Source: Alteromonadaceae bacterium (lineage in GTDB: Bacteria; Pseudomonadota; Gammaproteobacteria; Enterobacterales; Alteromonadaceae). Taken from it: a stretch of 64,000 nt of DNA. The first letter of the stretch is position 1, and the number at the start of each line of letters is the position of its first letter. The DNA is taken from the NCBI GenBank assembly GCA_014872805.1, contig WKFN01000012.1:67998-131997 (forward strand). Reading direction: 5' to 3'. Below are positions 63,446 to 64,000 of this stretch, one piece after another. The notes beneath the pieces were generated by a model. It was given only the letters and a program-made list of their open reading frames with translations, had not been told where the DNA came from and did not search any database. The translations under genes and the position numbers were made by a program.

Positions 63446-64000
63446 ATGACTGATTCTGTTCTCATTATTGGTGTAGGTGCTTTTACTCATGGGATTGCCG
63501 AGCGTCTTCAAAAGTCTGGATTGAATGTGGTGGTTTGGCTAAATCGAGACTATGGTCATTATGGTGCTCGACAAGTCGCAACCTGTTTTACCTTGCACGA
63601 TTATGCCAGTCCATTAGAGCTATTGGCTGAACATCCTTGTACCTATGTATTGCCGATGTCAATTGATTGGGCTCAGCAAGCTTGGGCGTCGGCGCTTGTG
63701 GCGAACACAAAGATCCTATGTCCTACAGGGGAAGCTTTGCAGCTGGAAAGAGATCGCTTTTTTGCCCATCGTTTATGCGAAAAATATGGCATTGCGTTAC
63801 CTAAAGCACATGTCGCAATGAATCGATTGGACGCTGAAGTCTTTATCGAAGAACACCCTGCTCCCTATGTGCTCAAAAACACCTTATGCTCCCCTACGAG
63901 TCCCATTCACACCATAGTATGTGAAACCTTAGCGGATACCCAAAGTTGGCTCAATCGAATCGACTATGCAGAAGGCGTCTATTTGCAAGAATATCTCGGT
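63446..64000 (+). CDS. ATP-grasp-like protein resembling PurD N/ATP-grasp region (3' end outside window)
   Basis: An open frame of 185 codons runs to the window edge and is absent from the ORF track because no stop is reached. VLIIGVGAFTHG is Rossmann-like, followed by LERDRFFAHRLCEKYGIALPK...PYVLKN, which is reminiscent of the PurD LExSKxFxKxFxxxxxIPT...PxViKA. It starts 3 nt after the upstream stop. Confidence 0.5.
   Translation, partial: MTDSVLIIGVGAFTHGIAERLQKSGLNVVVWLNRDYGHYGARQVATCFTLHDYASPLELLAEHPCTYVLPMSIDWAQQAWASALVANTKILCPTGEALQLERDRFFAHRLCEKYGIALPKAHVAMNRLDAEVFIEEHPAPYVLKNTLCSPTSPIHTIVCETLADTQSWLNRIDYAEGVYLQEYLG

Overview
This is a core-chromosome window from a moderately AT-rich gammaproteobacterium. 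Gene order looks Alteromonadales/Shewanella-like, but GC content was not computed and the taxon cannot be verified here. Sixty-one protein-coding genes are supported and they fill the window almost wall to wall. I found no rRNA, tRNA, tmRNA, CRISPR array, transposase, integrase or phage gene. The layout is a chain of housekeeping synteny blocks known from E. coli. Block 1 is leuS-lptE-holA-nadD-rsfS-rlmH-mrdA-rodA-rlpA-dacA-ybeD-lipB-lipA-ansA. Block 2 is the yeaC...msrB | gapA-yeaD locus, expanded by a Zn-ribbon gene, an AGCS symporter, an M14 carboxypeptidase, a TlpA-like redoxin, a long N-extended GAPDH paralogue, and malQ-glgB-glgX. Block 3 is eda-glk-edd-pgl-zwf | hexR | pykA, so roughly 18-36 kb forms one central-carbon supercluster. 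Five copies of a TGTAAT-N3-ATTACA palindrome (a HexR-type operator) mark this cluster and the distant ppsA/ppsR pair. Block 4 is ydjA | sppA | yfbV | trxB, followed by the N-degron set aat-bpt-infA | clpA-clpS | cspD. Block 5 is rluE, mnmA-hflD-purB, roxA, ydiJ, ppsA | ppsR, rnfH-ratA | smpB, metY. I did not find a convincing new multi-gene system such as a defence island, secretion system or mobile element. The best leads are single-gene or single-site oddities. MnmA has Trp in place of the catalytic Cys199-equivalent. A domain-only 194-aa class III nucleotide cyclase sits where E. coli has phoPQ and is preceded by a hairpin that sequesters its Shine-Dalgarno sequence (SD). Similar hairpins end 1-3 nt before the start codons of three other genes. 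A CbbY-like HAD protein has lost both motif-I aspartates. Four of the eight convergent gene pairs have interdigitated stop codons and no terminator. All functional calls rest on motif recognition and remembered homologues, not on searches.
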